Part shown: piece by piece, positions 20,458 to 30,415 of the stretch
Layout of the letters: the number at the start of each line of letters is the position of its first letter
How positions within the stretch are numbered: position 1 is the stretch's first letter
NCBI GenBank assembly: GCA_977017575.1
Contig: CDRNVI010000008.1
Span: 1-64,000, forward strand
DNA from: Paramoeba atlantica
Taxonomy: Eukaryota; Protista; Discosea
Reading direction: 5' to 3'
Length of the DNA stretch: 64,000 bases
Translations under genes and position numbers: made by a program
The notes under the pieces: generated by a model
Told to the model about the DNA's origin: nothing
What the model saw: only the letters and a program-made list of their open reading frames with translations
Databases searched by the model: none

Positions 20458-22110
20458 TTGGACAAACATTTTCATCCGAATTTTCGGATTCTTGTTCAGA
20501 ATACGCATGCAATTATTCTTTGTTTTGGTTGTCTTAGGGATACGCTTGCCTACGTTTTTTGTATCACTAATTTTGCCCTTTTGCATGTTCACCAGTGGGT
20601 CACGGCGGGCCACGGTGGGTCCAGCATATTATGCTTTTGCACCGAGCAAAACTGCGAGCTGTGCCTGTCAGGAACACTTCTCCGGTTGTGCATTTGCTGC
20701 CGTCATCTGTGGTACCCTTTGCTCCATCAAGTAGACTTCGCTGCTGAAACACTGGATTCACTTGTCAGCTCACAAACTTGCTCTCGCCAAAAAACGTATT
20801 TTGAGTATGTGACCAAGACAGTAGTCCCGTACTTACGTTCTTTAGGAACACCCTCCGATGTTTTCCTCTCACTGGAACTGCTGGAATTAAGGGTTAAAGA
20901 GTGTTTAGGTCATCGAGAACTTTTTATCCCGGAATCGGGAGCTTATAGCGGTTGTACAAAACGTTTCTCGTATTCAGATCGAGCGTGTGGCGATGCTTCT
21001 ATGCGGTACTCCGGGTGGAAGTTATTTGCTGTTCGATTGCCTAATGCTTTTGTAGCGAAGAGCAGTCGAATGTTATCTTCACAAAGAGCCATACGGCGTA
21101 AGAAAAAATGGCCAATTAAGATTGACTGCAGCTTTCCTCCTTCAAACTCTGCACCACTTTTCATAGAGTGGAAACTTAAAAATGCCACCTTACCAGTTTG
21201 GAATACACGCGTCAAAACGCTTAAATTTCTACGATCGGGGTATTGTAACAACGACAACGTCGCGTTACTCTACCGTGTTTGTCACTACTGTCTGAAATAT
21301 GGAGCGCCTAGCAACGTATACTGTCCGCTGGAAATCTTTTCGTTAGATTTTTCTCGCGCATGTCGAGCAGTCGCATCGCTTCTGTTGGATTATTTATCCT
21401 ATTCTCGCGTCGTACCGTGTCAGTCCATGAACAGCAGAGAGAGACTCAGAGCAAGACAAGATTTTTCTGATACACTAACTGAAACAAATGTCGGTAGATG
21501 GCCTATCACACTGCACACTCCTATCCCATCAAGCTACGGAATACTTCACACTATTCCGAGGATCATTGAAATACTGTTTCAAAGTCGCATCTTGCCTTCT
21601 CTACGGCTTGCACAACAACGAAACCGATTTACCGCACACGGCTTGCTGTGTCTAGAAAAAACGTTAGAAAATCTTATTTTGGTCGAAGGCAGAGAATCCG
21701 AAAATTACTTGCGTTTCATGCATGATTGTCTTACGCACGTTCTCGAATCGCCTACCGAATTCCCTATTTGTCACCGCACACCAAATAAAAAAATATTGTG
21801 CGAAGAACTGACAAATGAAGAAACTAATAAATGTGAGACTAGTGCAAAAGCCGATATGTCAAAGTCCAATGCAAGGAGTTCCAAAGAGTTGCTTCAAAAT
21901 CTGCAGGCGCTAATCTACAAGGCTAGAGAAATTTATTTCCTTGCCACTTCTGTGCGTGATTGCAGTGTTCTCATGGTGGTCCCTTCCTTTTCCCAGGCTG
22001 ATTCCCTTCCGACTGTGTCACTCATCGATTTCGATGACAAAAGCCACAAAGGACTATTACATTATGTCAAGCAAGAGATCGCACTATGTAAAGAGTATCA
22101 GAACGCTTAG
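20458..22110 (+). CDS. IPK1: Inositol-pentakisphosphate 2-kinase (IPK1/IPPK family)
   Basis: WVTAGHGG (GEG-like), FIEWKLK (EIKPK-like), CHYCL, YCPLEIFS, ATSVRDCSVL (AKDCS-like), LIDFDDK (LDLDLK-like). The start codon is uncertain. Confidence 0.78.
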   Translation: MDKHFHPNFRILVQNTHAIILCFGCLRDTLAYVFCITNFALLHVHQWVTAGHGGSSILCFCTEQNCELCLSGTLLRLCICCRHLWYPLLHQVDFAAETLDSLVSSQTCSRQKTYFEYVTKTVVPYLRSLGTPSDVFLSLELLELRVKECLGHRELFIPESGAYSGCTKRFSYSDRACGDASMRYSGWKLFAVRLPNAFVAKSSRMLSSQRAIRRKKKWPIKIDCSFPPSNSAPLFIEWKLKNATLPVWNTRVKTLKFLRSGYCNNDNVALLYRVCHYCLKYGAPSNVYCPLEIFSLDFSRACRAVASLLLDYLSYSRVVPCQSMNSRERLRARQDFSDTLTETNVGRWPITLHTPIPSSYGILHTIPRIIEILFQSRILPSLRLAQQRNRFTAHGLLCLEKTLENLILVEGRESENYLRFMHDCLTHVLESPTEFPICHRTPNKKILCEELTNEETNKCETSAKADMSKSNARSSKELLQNLQALIYKAREIYFLATSVRDCSVLMVVPSFSQADSLPTVSLIDFDDKSHKGLLHYVKQEIALCKEYQNA

Positions 22111-22214
22111 AAAGCGGTGTGGTCGTCTTTTTAAAAGTCTTTGTCGTATTCTCTTTTTTTAGCTCGAAATAACGTACTGAACCAGCAACAACGAATCATT
22201 GTCTATTTTAACAA

Positions 22215-22830
22215 TTATGAAGGACATGTTCGGTCGTAGCTGTGGCCGCTGTCAATATCTGAGCGTTGTCACGCTGGATCGCTACCTCGATGGCCATTAG
22301 GGCGTGCTTTGTAAAGCCTCTTGGATTTGGAGTTTATCTCCCCAATTTCCTCAAAAAGGAGAGTGTCGCATTTCCCTGTACTCCGAAAACCGTAAATGCT
22401 AACGGGAAGAGGGTCATCCCCTCTCACTTGCCAACCCTCCATACTTCTTGAGTATGTCAGCTTCAGCTTTTTGGGCCGTGCTGCCCGGATATTTGACTTT
22501 AACCTCTACGTAGGAAGCGGCAAATGGTTGACGATGGTTACGTCGACGAGAACAACTTGATTCCCGACTAGCAAGCACACGTCTGGCCCGCTTCCATCCT
22601 CGAAACGCGGTTCGTGAGGGTCTGGACGGAAGCCATGTTGACGGAGTATGCGCAGGAAGCACTCTTTAACAAGTGCGTGGCGTGTTGCTGCTGTCTTGCC
22701 TCGGACTCGGCGGCCCATGTATCGCAAATTTATCACTTGGGTAGGATTCACCGCAGGTGCATTGAATTTCTTGCCTGAATGGTGGCGGAAGGAGGTAACA
22801 ACGTCGGAGAGCTGTCTGCCACTCTGAGTT
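22215..22830 (-). mobile_element. 3-prime relic of an RLE-endonuclease non-LTR retrotransposon (CRE/SLACS/CZAR-like)
   Basis: Across at least 3 frameshifts: CTCG...H, RHALVKE..LRQHG..EP..GPD..DVTIVN, PFAASY..AQKAEADILKKY, LFPLAFTVFG..G..T..FL, EVAIQRDNAQIL. This is the typical CRE-clade C-terminus. Confidence 0.8.
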
Positions 22831-22945
22831 CGACATCATGTATTCTCTTTTTAAAATTTCAGCTGTAAAAATCTTTTTACGTTCAATACGGGTTACAATA
22901 CTCTAAACAGAAAAAAGAATAGTTTTGAGTTTTCGCTGTTTCTCA

Positions 22946-23899
22946 ATGGTATCAGCAGAGTCTCTGTTTCACCAAATCGACTCACAACAATTCATAACCA
23001 CTCGGCTAGCTGAGATATGCTGGGAGAGATTGCAGGAGAGTATTGAGGACAAAGTAGCTACGCTCGTCAGCCAGTACGTAAAGAAGCATGCCGTTCCCTC
23101 CAACCGTGGGCTTCTTCGAGATATTTACATTGCACGAGCCACAGATGCTCTGATGTCCTCCATTTGCGATTTCTCGCTGAACAATAGCGCGAAGCAAAAT
23201 TCTCCATCTGTAAACTCAGCAAACTCCAAAGCAAATGAGCCGAATCGGCTAAGAGAGTATGTTGTACGAGAGTCGTGCGAACTATTATGTGCGCCTGGGC
23301 CATCTGGAATGGAATACTTGCAAAATGAAACTCAATTTTCGGAGACCGTCTACAAAGCAATGGAACAGAGCTTACGAGAGTTGCAAAGAAAAGAACAGGA
23401 AGACTATCTTAAGCTCTGGACGGAGCTTGATGAGGTTTCTTCACGTCGAGGGCACGTTCACTCAACGCGCGAAAATGAAAAAGTATCTGAAAGAAGCAAA
23501 GCTGTTTACTCAAAGAAAAAATCTCGTCCAGATTTGTCGATGAAGAAACGTGTGCTGCAAAAACCAACGTCTATCAAAGAGGAAACGGTGGAAATCTTAA
23601 AAAGGGAACATCCTTTATCTCCTCAAAAAGTTTCAGAAGCGAAGGCACACAAAAATAGAGAAACGGGAAACTCTAGGAACGTGAGTACGAAGAGTGTATC
23701 TTCAAAAAGCTCTAGCACTGATGAAAGAGTCGCTATGAAAGAGGCACAAAGAACTGATGCAGCCGTCCCTACCAAATCGCGTCGCGTTCGCGTGCTTCTC
23801 CGAAGCTCACACGAAGCACCATATGAAAGGTCGCCTCCTGAAAACAAAATTTTTATCAAACGAGGTGTAAAAATAGTTCCTCCTTCAATAGGAAACTAG
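22946..23899 (+). CDS. Hypothetical protein (helical N-terminus, Lys/Ser-rich tail)
   Basis: 318-aa ORF on the coding strand; no confident motif. Confidence 0.65.
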   Translation: MVSAESLFHQIDSQQFITTRLAEICWERLQESIEDKVATLVSQYVKKHAVPSNRGLLRDIYIARATDALMSSICDFSLNNSAKQNSPSVNSANSKANEPNRLREYVVRESCELLCAPGPSGMEYLQNETQFSETVYKAMEQSLRELQRKEQEDYLKLWTELDEVSSRRGHVHSTRENEKVSERSKAVYSKKKSRPDLSMKKRVLQKPTSIKEETVEILKREHPLSPQKVSEAKAHKNRETGNSRNVSTKSVSSKSSSTDERVAMKEAQRTDAAVPTKSRRVRVLLRSSHEAPYERSPPENKIFIKRGVKIVPPSIGN

Positions 23900-24076
23900 T
23901 GTGCGATTTCGGATTGCATTCACCTTTTTTTGTATTGCACAAACATAATTTATATGCTCTTTTTCCTCATTTTCTCCATTACTTCACCAACGCTTTTCCC
24001 TTCCCCATTATCACCCTATTTTTATAAAAACAAAAACGATAGTTTTCCTTCCCTACCCATTCTACCCCACCACAAC

Positions 24077-24676
24077 ATGTGCATCCTCGCTCACCGCCGC
24101 AAACTGCGTAAATCCAGCCGTCGTCAACCCACCCACTTGGACGACGAGATCGCAAAAGCCCTCTACGACCTGGAGCTTCACCATCGTAAACTTAAAAACG
24201 CCCTCACCCCGCTTCACATCACCGGGGTCAAAGAGTTCCCCGTGGGGCGCACCCACCGCTGTGTGGTCGTTTACTACCCGCTGCGATTCATGCGAAAGAT
24301 GCATAAAATCCAGTCCGCACTCATCGCCGAGCTCGAGAAGAAGTTCAGCGGGAAGCAGTTTGTGCTGCTGGCCTCACGCAAGGTGATCCAGCGCCCCAAG
24401 TGTGTGTATAAGGCCCAGGAGGTGCCACGCTCGCACACGATGACCGCCGTGCACGAGTCGCTGCTCAGTGACCTGGTCTACCCGTTAGATGTGGTCGCCC
24501 AGCGTACCCGGCACAGTGTCGACGGGACGAAACAGCTGAAGGTGTTTCTCGATGCCAAGGAGAAGGAGAAGGTGGAGAACCGGATCGAGACCTACGCGGC
24601 GGTGTACAAAAAATTGACCGGGAAGGATACCGCGTTCGGTTTTATGACCAACGCTGCGCTGCAGCAGGTGCTGTAG
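24077..24676 (+). CDS. RPS7: 40S ribosomal protein S7 (eS7), kinetoplastid type
   Basis: HRRKLRK, YPLRF, AELEKKFSGK, RSHTMTAVHESLLSDLVYP, DGTKQLKVFLD, VYKKLTGK, FGFM.N..LQQV. Confidence 0.96.
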   Translation: MCILAHRRKLRKSSRRQPTHLDDEIAKALYDLELHHRKLKNALTPLHITGVKEFPVGRTHRCVVVYYPLRFMRKMHKIQSALIAELEKKFSGKQFVLLASRKVIQRPKCVYKAQEVPRSHTMTAVHESLLSDLVYPLDVVAQRTRHSVDGTKQLKVFLDAKEKEKVENRIETYAAVYKKLTGKDTAFGFMTNAALQQVL

Positions 24677-24948
24677 CAAGGTGGCGGTCGTGTATGAATG
24701 AGAAAAAAAGAGGAAGAGAGTAGAAAGAGGATAAGGTGATGATAAGGAGGAAAAGGAAGTGTGGTGATTTAAGTTAGAAAATAGCTGAACAAAAGTTTTA
24801 AATGTGAAATGTAAAAGTCTATCGTAGAAAATGATTTCTAAGAAAAAAATGCCGAACCTCATACGCATCATGGTTTTACATCAATTACGGTATTTCCCTG
24901 GAAAAAACAATCCTTAGTCGTATTTTTTTGTATTCTCATCTCCAAATT

Positions 24949-25323
24949 ATGCCACCTCAACCGTTTCGTTCCTTTGGGGTACCCCCCGGCTATGGCCGAG
25001 GAGATCTACTTGGCAACACTAATCCTACAGAAGGGAACACTAATCTTATGGGAATGCCCAGGAATGCTTTACCCCGCACAAACACTCCCGGCATGGAGGT
25101 CACCGGTACGGTGCCTCGATACGATCCCATAGGATACGGTTCCATCACTGATGCTCCACCCACATTTACTCCATCGTTTCCTATGGCAGAAGGCAATCCT
25201 GTGCCTCGTGAGGAGCAATTTGAGCCGGACACACACAGACGTATCGATACAATTGATCCTCGTCCGCGGGAGGAGAAAGACCCAGATGCCTATCATGATA
25301 TGTTCCCCACCCCTCCACAATGA
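24949..25323 (+). CDS. Small Pro/Gly-rich protein, possibly the C-terminal part of proteasome inhibitor PI31
   Basis: PPGYGRGDL, VPRYDPIG, EPDTH and AYHDMF occur in the same order as PI31 motifs (GGEDL, ARFDPFG, PDH, GYDDM). The PI31 call is tentative. Confidence 0.45.
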   Translation: MPPQPFRSFGVPPGYGRGDLLGNTNPTEGNTNLMGMPRNALPRTNTPGMEVTGTVPRYDPIGYGSITDAPPTFTPSFPMAEGNPVPREEQFEPDTHRRIDTIDPRPREEKDPDAYHDMFPTPPQ

Positions 25324-25717
25324 CCTGAATAGTTGTGGGTCGTTAAATAAAATGAGAAAACAGAGTCATTGATGTCAGTCATGCCGTCTAGCTAAGCAAA
25401 ATTCGTGATTTCGAAAAAAGGTCCATAGAATTAGTCTTCGCATACATGAACGGCGATTTGTTCTCTTATGTAAATGTGTTCATAGGATTTCGAGTATCAA
25501 AACAGTGAATTTACTTTGTCCTTTGTCCTTCAATCTCGTTTTAGTTGTACAGAGTTGTAGGTGCCATAGTCCGTATACGAATTTCTTTTGAAGTTTTTCG
25601 TGTGGTCGATATCTTGGATAGGTAGATAATCTACCTACGTGTAGCTTGTTTTGGTTGACGGTTTTATGCAGTCTCATCGATGAGGGTGTGATCTTGCGTG
25701 ATTTTACGGGTCAAAAG

Positions 25718-25790
25718 TGTCCCTTAATTAAATGTCCCTTAATTAAATGTCCCGTAATTGATTTGTCCTGTGATTTAATCCCGCACTGTA
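25718..25790. repeat. Degenerate 15-bp tandem repeat (TGTCCCTTAATTAAA) ending at a CACTG|TA transposon-like terminus
   Basis: Read directly; CACTG at 25784-25788 is followed by TA. Confidence 0.55.
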
Positions 25791-26076
25791 CATGATGAAA
25801 CATTGCTTGTACGAGAGCTAATCCTTGAGATATAGCTACCATGATCTCCAAACGATTTCGATTCTGCAATGCTGAATATACAATGTACATGTATGCCTCG
25901 ATACTGAATTTTGAAAGTGAAAATTCGTGTATTTACAGGGTATACAAGGTTTACATTGTTTTGCGCAAGAATATTGGGACCGTTTTATTCCCTACGAATT
26001 GTCATCTTGCGTTTAAATAGCAAGTAATCAGTAGCATTTCTTACCGCTTTTTCTCTTCTCTTTTTTTTTCTTACAC

Positions 26077-26448
26077 ATGCTTCGTCGAGTACTTACTCCG
26101 GGATCTGCACATCGCTACGCGGGATCCTCATTGAAACCAGTACAGGCAGTAGGACTTCCATTGTCCTTGGCGGTTTCGAATCCTCTACATCAACAATCTC
26201 TTCGCGCGGCTTCGACCGTGACAGTCTCTATTCAAGGATTGCACTACATCGGCACTGGGCTTGCGGCGATTGCTCTGGCGGGCGTTGGTCTGGGAATTGG
26301 GACCATTTTTGGCAACCTTTTGGTGGCATGTGCCCGACAGCCCAACATGGCAAAGGCTCTGTTCAATTATGCGATTTTGGGATTCGCTCTCACCGAGGCC
26401 ATTGGACTTTTTGCGCTCATGTTGGCCTTTTTGATGTTGTTCTCTTAG
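26077..26448 (+). CDS. ATP9: Mitochondrial ATP synthase subunit c, nucleus-encoded with presequence
   Basis: [26 protein letters not shown] loop, proton-binding Glu in [10 protein letters not shown], about 45-aa targeting peptide. Confidence 0.98.
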   Translation: MLRRVLTPGSAHRYAGSSLKPVQAVGLPLSLAVSNPLHQQSLRAASTVTVSIQGLHYIGTGLAAIALAGVGLGIGTIFGNLLVACARQPNMAKALFNYAILGFALTEAIGLFALMLAFLMLFS

Positions 26449-26905
26449 GAGGCTCAAGATGTCACGATATGAAAAAAGAACCAATGACACATAAAGATGA
26501 AATAAAAAAAACTTATTTTTTACGGGTAGGTATTATTTCTTTAAAGTACTATTAGATTGTGAGTATACTCGAATGTGTGCCATGATAATTTTGATATGGA
26601 AGAATGATTAGCAAAATTTGTAGAAATACATATTGCACACATTTTTCAAGAATCATGTATTTACGTTCGTGATCCGAAACCATATTTTTTTACAGCTGAC
26701 TGCAAAAGCGTTTTACGTTGAACCAAATACTAATAGCTTCAGCAAAATTTCTGTGTTATACTGAAGTGACGTGCCTTATGTAGATAATTTATTTGAAAAA
26801 GTTATTTACATGTTACACGCATGTGATATGGAAAACGGATAGAACTTCGCTTGGAGCTTTTAGAAGTAAACATTTTACCCCATGTTTGTCTTTTTCTAGG
26901 TCTTC

Positions 26906-28636
26906 ATGTCAGATCTTTCGGTACCTGCCTCTTCTCCTGCATCACCATTTGATTCCGAAGATGAAAATGCTTCGAGTAGAAAGGAACACGGATTACAGCA
27001 CGAGTCTTTATCCAACGGCATGCAAGATGAGGTCAGGTCAGATTCAGTTGATGTACAGCGTGGAACATCTACCAATGAACCAGGTAAGGCCACTGTGTCG
27101 CACGAATCAGGACGATCTGAAATATCATTCTTGGAAGTTGAATCGATGCAGTGCTCCTCTGTTTACACTATGATGCAACGAAATGGGGAAGCGGTACAAG
27201 AGTTGGAGGAAGATCTCTTAACTGAATGTGAAAGTTTTTCTTCGGAAATGGACCCGGATGTAGTAGAAAATGTGGAGGAATCTCAAAGTAGCGATAAGGC
27301 ACCTAAGGAGCGGCGAACGCTATCGGAATTGGAGGCACCTCCCTCGGACTCCGAGGAAATTGACAAGGACCAGTTCTCAGAAGACATTTTTCAAGAATGT
27401 TTCGGAATACGCTTTCAAGATTTGGCTGTAGATCCTGAGAATGAGCAAATTGCAAACTCGAAACAGTACATTGCAGCGCTACAAGCCATGCGCGATATCT
27501 TTGGAGACGACGACGGACTGGAACAAGCATTGGCACTTGAGAGAACGGCATCAGGAGATGGTATGGAGAAGCAATCGTTGCGGTCCGTGGTGGAGGCTGC
27601 AAGGGCGCAGCAAAGCAAGGAAGAGTTTGCTGAGATTTTTGGCGCGGGCTACTCCTATGATCCCTCTCTTGATGCTTACTACGGTATGAAACCGCTACTC
27701 CTCAGACGTGAGACAGCCCGTGCGCCACCTTGTCCTACAGGCAAAGTTGCCGTGGTTCGACTTCCCTCCACTTACCCCCACCGGCACATTCTACATCTAA
27801 GCGCTAATCGATACGTTCCCTCTGAGGAGACTCTTTGGAAAAGTAATTTTCGAAATGTCTACACCCCAGAGAACATCATACGCTGCGCGCGCAAAGAAAA
27901 CCGGGTACTCAGCAACACCCGTTATGTGACCTGGGACAACGGTGACGTGACGCTCCACATTGGTCGTGAGACTCACCTACTGCGTCGTAAAACACGTCAG
28001 GAGGATCCTCACCTCCTTATGACCCGAGCACAGTTTTCTACACCCAGCGAAAGGCTCGATAAAGGAGAGATCTCCTCTCAAGATCCCTCCTCTCATCTGT
28101 TACGTGGAGGTCTTAGCCTCTCGGGTGTACAGAACCCGATCTCAGTAGAGTATTCTCATGGCACGTCCTCATATTCGGGTGTGGCCTGTGTTCTCGCACA
28201 TGAAGCTCGACAACGGAGCCATAAAACGCCTGCCTTAGTTCGTCCAACTATTCCTCCAGAGCAGCGCCCTGCCGTGGATGAACGCCCGAGACGTCCTCCT
28301 CGTCCCAACACGCTCGTCCCTGCAGGAATTGCGGAGATTGTGGATCCGTTGCAGGAGATGGTCAGTGAGAGCATCTATGAGGAAGGGTTGCGTGAGCAGC
28401 GACACAGTAATGTAGAAAATGATGAGGAAATCTCTCCTATCTTACGTAATCGTCTGCGAGAAGCGCTGAAACAAATTACCGTTGTGATGGAGAGCGTTGG
28501 GGTCGCGGAGCGAACTCAGTTGGAAATTTCCTGTGCTCCTCTTTATCAAATTTTGGAAAATAGTGAGGCAACTTCTCATGTGCTTCGTAAAGGGCTTCAA
28601 TCTTGCGAGGAAATTTCTTCACTGTATCACTTGTGA
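26906..28636 (+). CDS. LEO1: Leo1-like PAF1 complex subunit
   Basis: Acidic disordered N-terminus, then ENIIR...SNTRYVTWDNGDVTLHIGRE, matching the Leo1 core (ENTIRW...[20 protein letters not shown]). Confidence 0.75.
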   Translation: MSDLSVPASSPASPFDSEDENASSRKEHGLQHESLSNGMQDEVRSDSVDVQRGTSTNEPGKATVSHESGRSEISFLEVESMQCSSVYTMMQRNGEAVQELEEDLLTECESFSSEMDPDVVENVEESQSSDKAPKERRTLSELEAPPSDSEEIDKDQFSEDIFQECFGIRFQDLAVDPENEQIANSKQYIAALQAMRDIFGDDDGLEQALALERTASGDGMEKQSLRSVVEAARAQQSKEEFAEIFGAGYSYDPSLDAYYGMKPLLLRRETARAPPCPTGKVAVVRLPSTYPHRHILHLSANRYVPSEETLWKSNFRNVYTPENIIRCARKENRVLSNTRYVTWDNGDVTLHIGRETHLLRRKTRQEDPHLLMTRAQFSTPSERLDKGEISSQDPSSHLLRGGLSLSGVQNPISVEYSHGTSSYSGVACVLAHEARQRSHKTPALVRPTIPPEQRPAVDERPRRPPRPNTLVPAGIAEIVDPLQEMVSESIYEEGLREQRHSNVENDEEISPILRNRLREALKQITVVMESVGVAERTQLEISCAPLYQILENSEATSHVLRKGLQSCEEISSLYHL

Positions 28637-29102
28637 TGGTTGTGTTGGCTGTCAATGCTTCATTTTAGCCATACATTTTTCTGGATTCAATACATAGCAG
28701 AGCACCCAGTGTGCAAGTTAAATATTCGACGATTTTTTACATATCTAATACCAGTACACTGGCTGCATATCCGTACACTGGTGTTCGAAATGAAGATATG
28801 ATCAAATGCGTGAATATCTTTCGCATCTTGCTTTGCGGTGAAAGTTTTTAGGAAGCGTTCTACCAACGGATTGTTAGTACTCACTTTATTAGGCAACAAA
28901 GATTTCTCGAGCTGTGAACATGCCTCAGAAGATGTGTGATCAAGACAGCTTGAAGACCAACAGTTTACTTTTACTAACGTAAATTTTGAAATAAATTAAA
29001 TACAATCTAAAGTGTTTGGGATTCATGTGATTCAGTCTGTGATTTTATCTACTTTGAAACGGCTCTCAAAGTTCACTAAAATTCCTTTCCTTTCTTATTG
29101 AC

Positions 29103-29630
29103 ATGATTCGCAATCCTCCGGAAGGGTACAGTCGTCATTTTTGGATGGGTCCATACCGCTCCCAGGCCGTGTTGCAGCCCGACTGCTTTCTACGAGAGCC
29201 GCTTGCGCAACGCCATCGATCGCGTCAGCAGCGAAGGCAAAACACACAACGCCTGCAGCAATTCGTTCACAAAACACGATTTCAAAACCTTAGTTTGGAC
29301 GACGCAGCTACTTTGGTGAACAGTGCCGTACGAGGCCATCGTGCTCGACAGTCGAATGCGGTAATTTCATGGCTGAACGGTTCTCTTGTACCGTTAGAAG
29401 ACATCCGTTCTCATAACGAGACCACACATGAAAAGCTAAGTGAGCTACTCCGAAGTCAAGGCCTTGATCCCACGGAAGCACTTGTGGCACCTCTTTCGGA
29501 AGTGCCCCTTCCCGGTTGCACGGATGAGGAAATCACTGCTTACAACGATGAGGCTTTGGCATGTGCAAAGCAAATCGCTGCAAAGTATGGGCCCATTCGA
29601 GAGATCCTTTTTATCACTGGTACAGAATAA
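29103..29630 (+). CDS. Hypothetical protein
   Basis: 175-aa ATG ORF on the coding strand; unrecognised. Confidence 0.6.
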   Translation: MIRNPPEGYSRHFWMGPYRSQAVLQPDCFLREPLAQRHRSRQQRRQNTQRLQQFVHKTRFQNLSLDDAATLVNSAVRGHRARQSNAVISWLNGSLVPLEDIRSHNETTHEKLSELLRSQGLDPTEALVAPLSEVPLPGCTDEEITAYNDEALACAKQIAAKYGPIREILFITGTE

Positions 29631-30180
29631 AAAATATTTGAGCCTTTATTTTTCTGTAGTGGTGTTTTCCTATCCCCTATGAGTTACCTTTTACTATGCA
29701 GCGTAGAATACTTTTACAAGTATTACAACTTGAAGTGTGTGTCTATTCTATGGAACAAGAAAATTAATCTATAGGGCCTATTTTTCGTAACCATGTTGTT
29801 AGAACGTTGTTGATGCTCCAAGGTGGTAGTCCTTGTCAGAACAGCTAGTCATATTTTCGATAACACATTCAGATTCATTATACAGTCGTCTTTTTTAAGA
29901 AATCCTATATTCATTGTATTTAATCAACAATCAATCTGTAGTATTCGTAGAAGCGAACACCTACACCCTAGTTCGTTAAAACTCGAAACCCTCGTTAGAT
30001 GATTCTTCAAAAAAAGAATCCGATACGGGTCAATCTCTACATTCCGAGCATTACCCCAGAACACACACACAACCTCCTCTATACACACATTCCATCCAAG
30101 TCCAAGCCAAACTTTTCTACCCTTCCCCCCTCTGCTCTTTCTTCACACACCCCCCATGTTCCTCCCCTTCCACCCCTAAC

Positions 30181-30380
30181 CCCCCCTCCACCCCCTACCC
30201 TTCCCCTCACAACCCTCCCCCTCCACCCCCTACCCTTCCCCTCACTCCCCTCCCCCTCCACCCCCTCCCCTTCCCCTCACAGCCCCCCCTCCACCCCCTA
30301 CCCTTCCCCTCACTCCCCTCCCCCTCCACCCCCTCCCCTTCCCCTCACAGCCCCCCCTCCACCCCCTACCCTCCTCACTC
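30181..30380. repeat. About 33-35-bp C-rich tandem repeat x6 (CCCCTCCACCCCCTACCCTTCCCCTCAC...), G4/i-motif capable
   Basis: Read directly upstream of the helicase-like ATG. Confidence 0.85.
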
Positions 30381-30415
30381 CCATCCCCCTACCCTTTCCC
30401 TCCCCCCCTCCCCCC

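Noticed and set aside
28687-28899. Minus-strand ORF with AFDHIFISN, similar to an APE/EEP endonuclease motif
   Set aside because: Too short, the following SDH motif is absent, and no RT is nearby.
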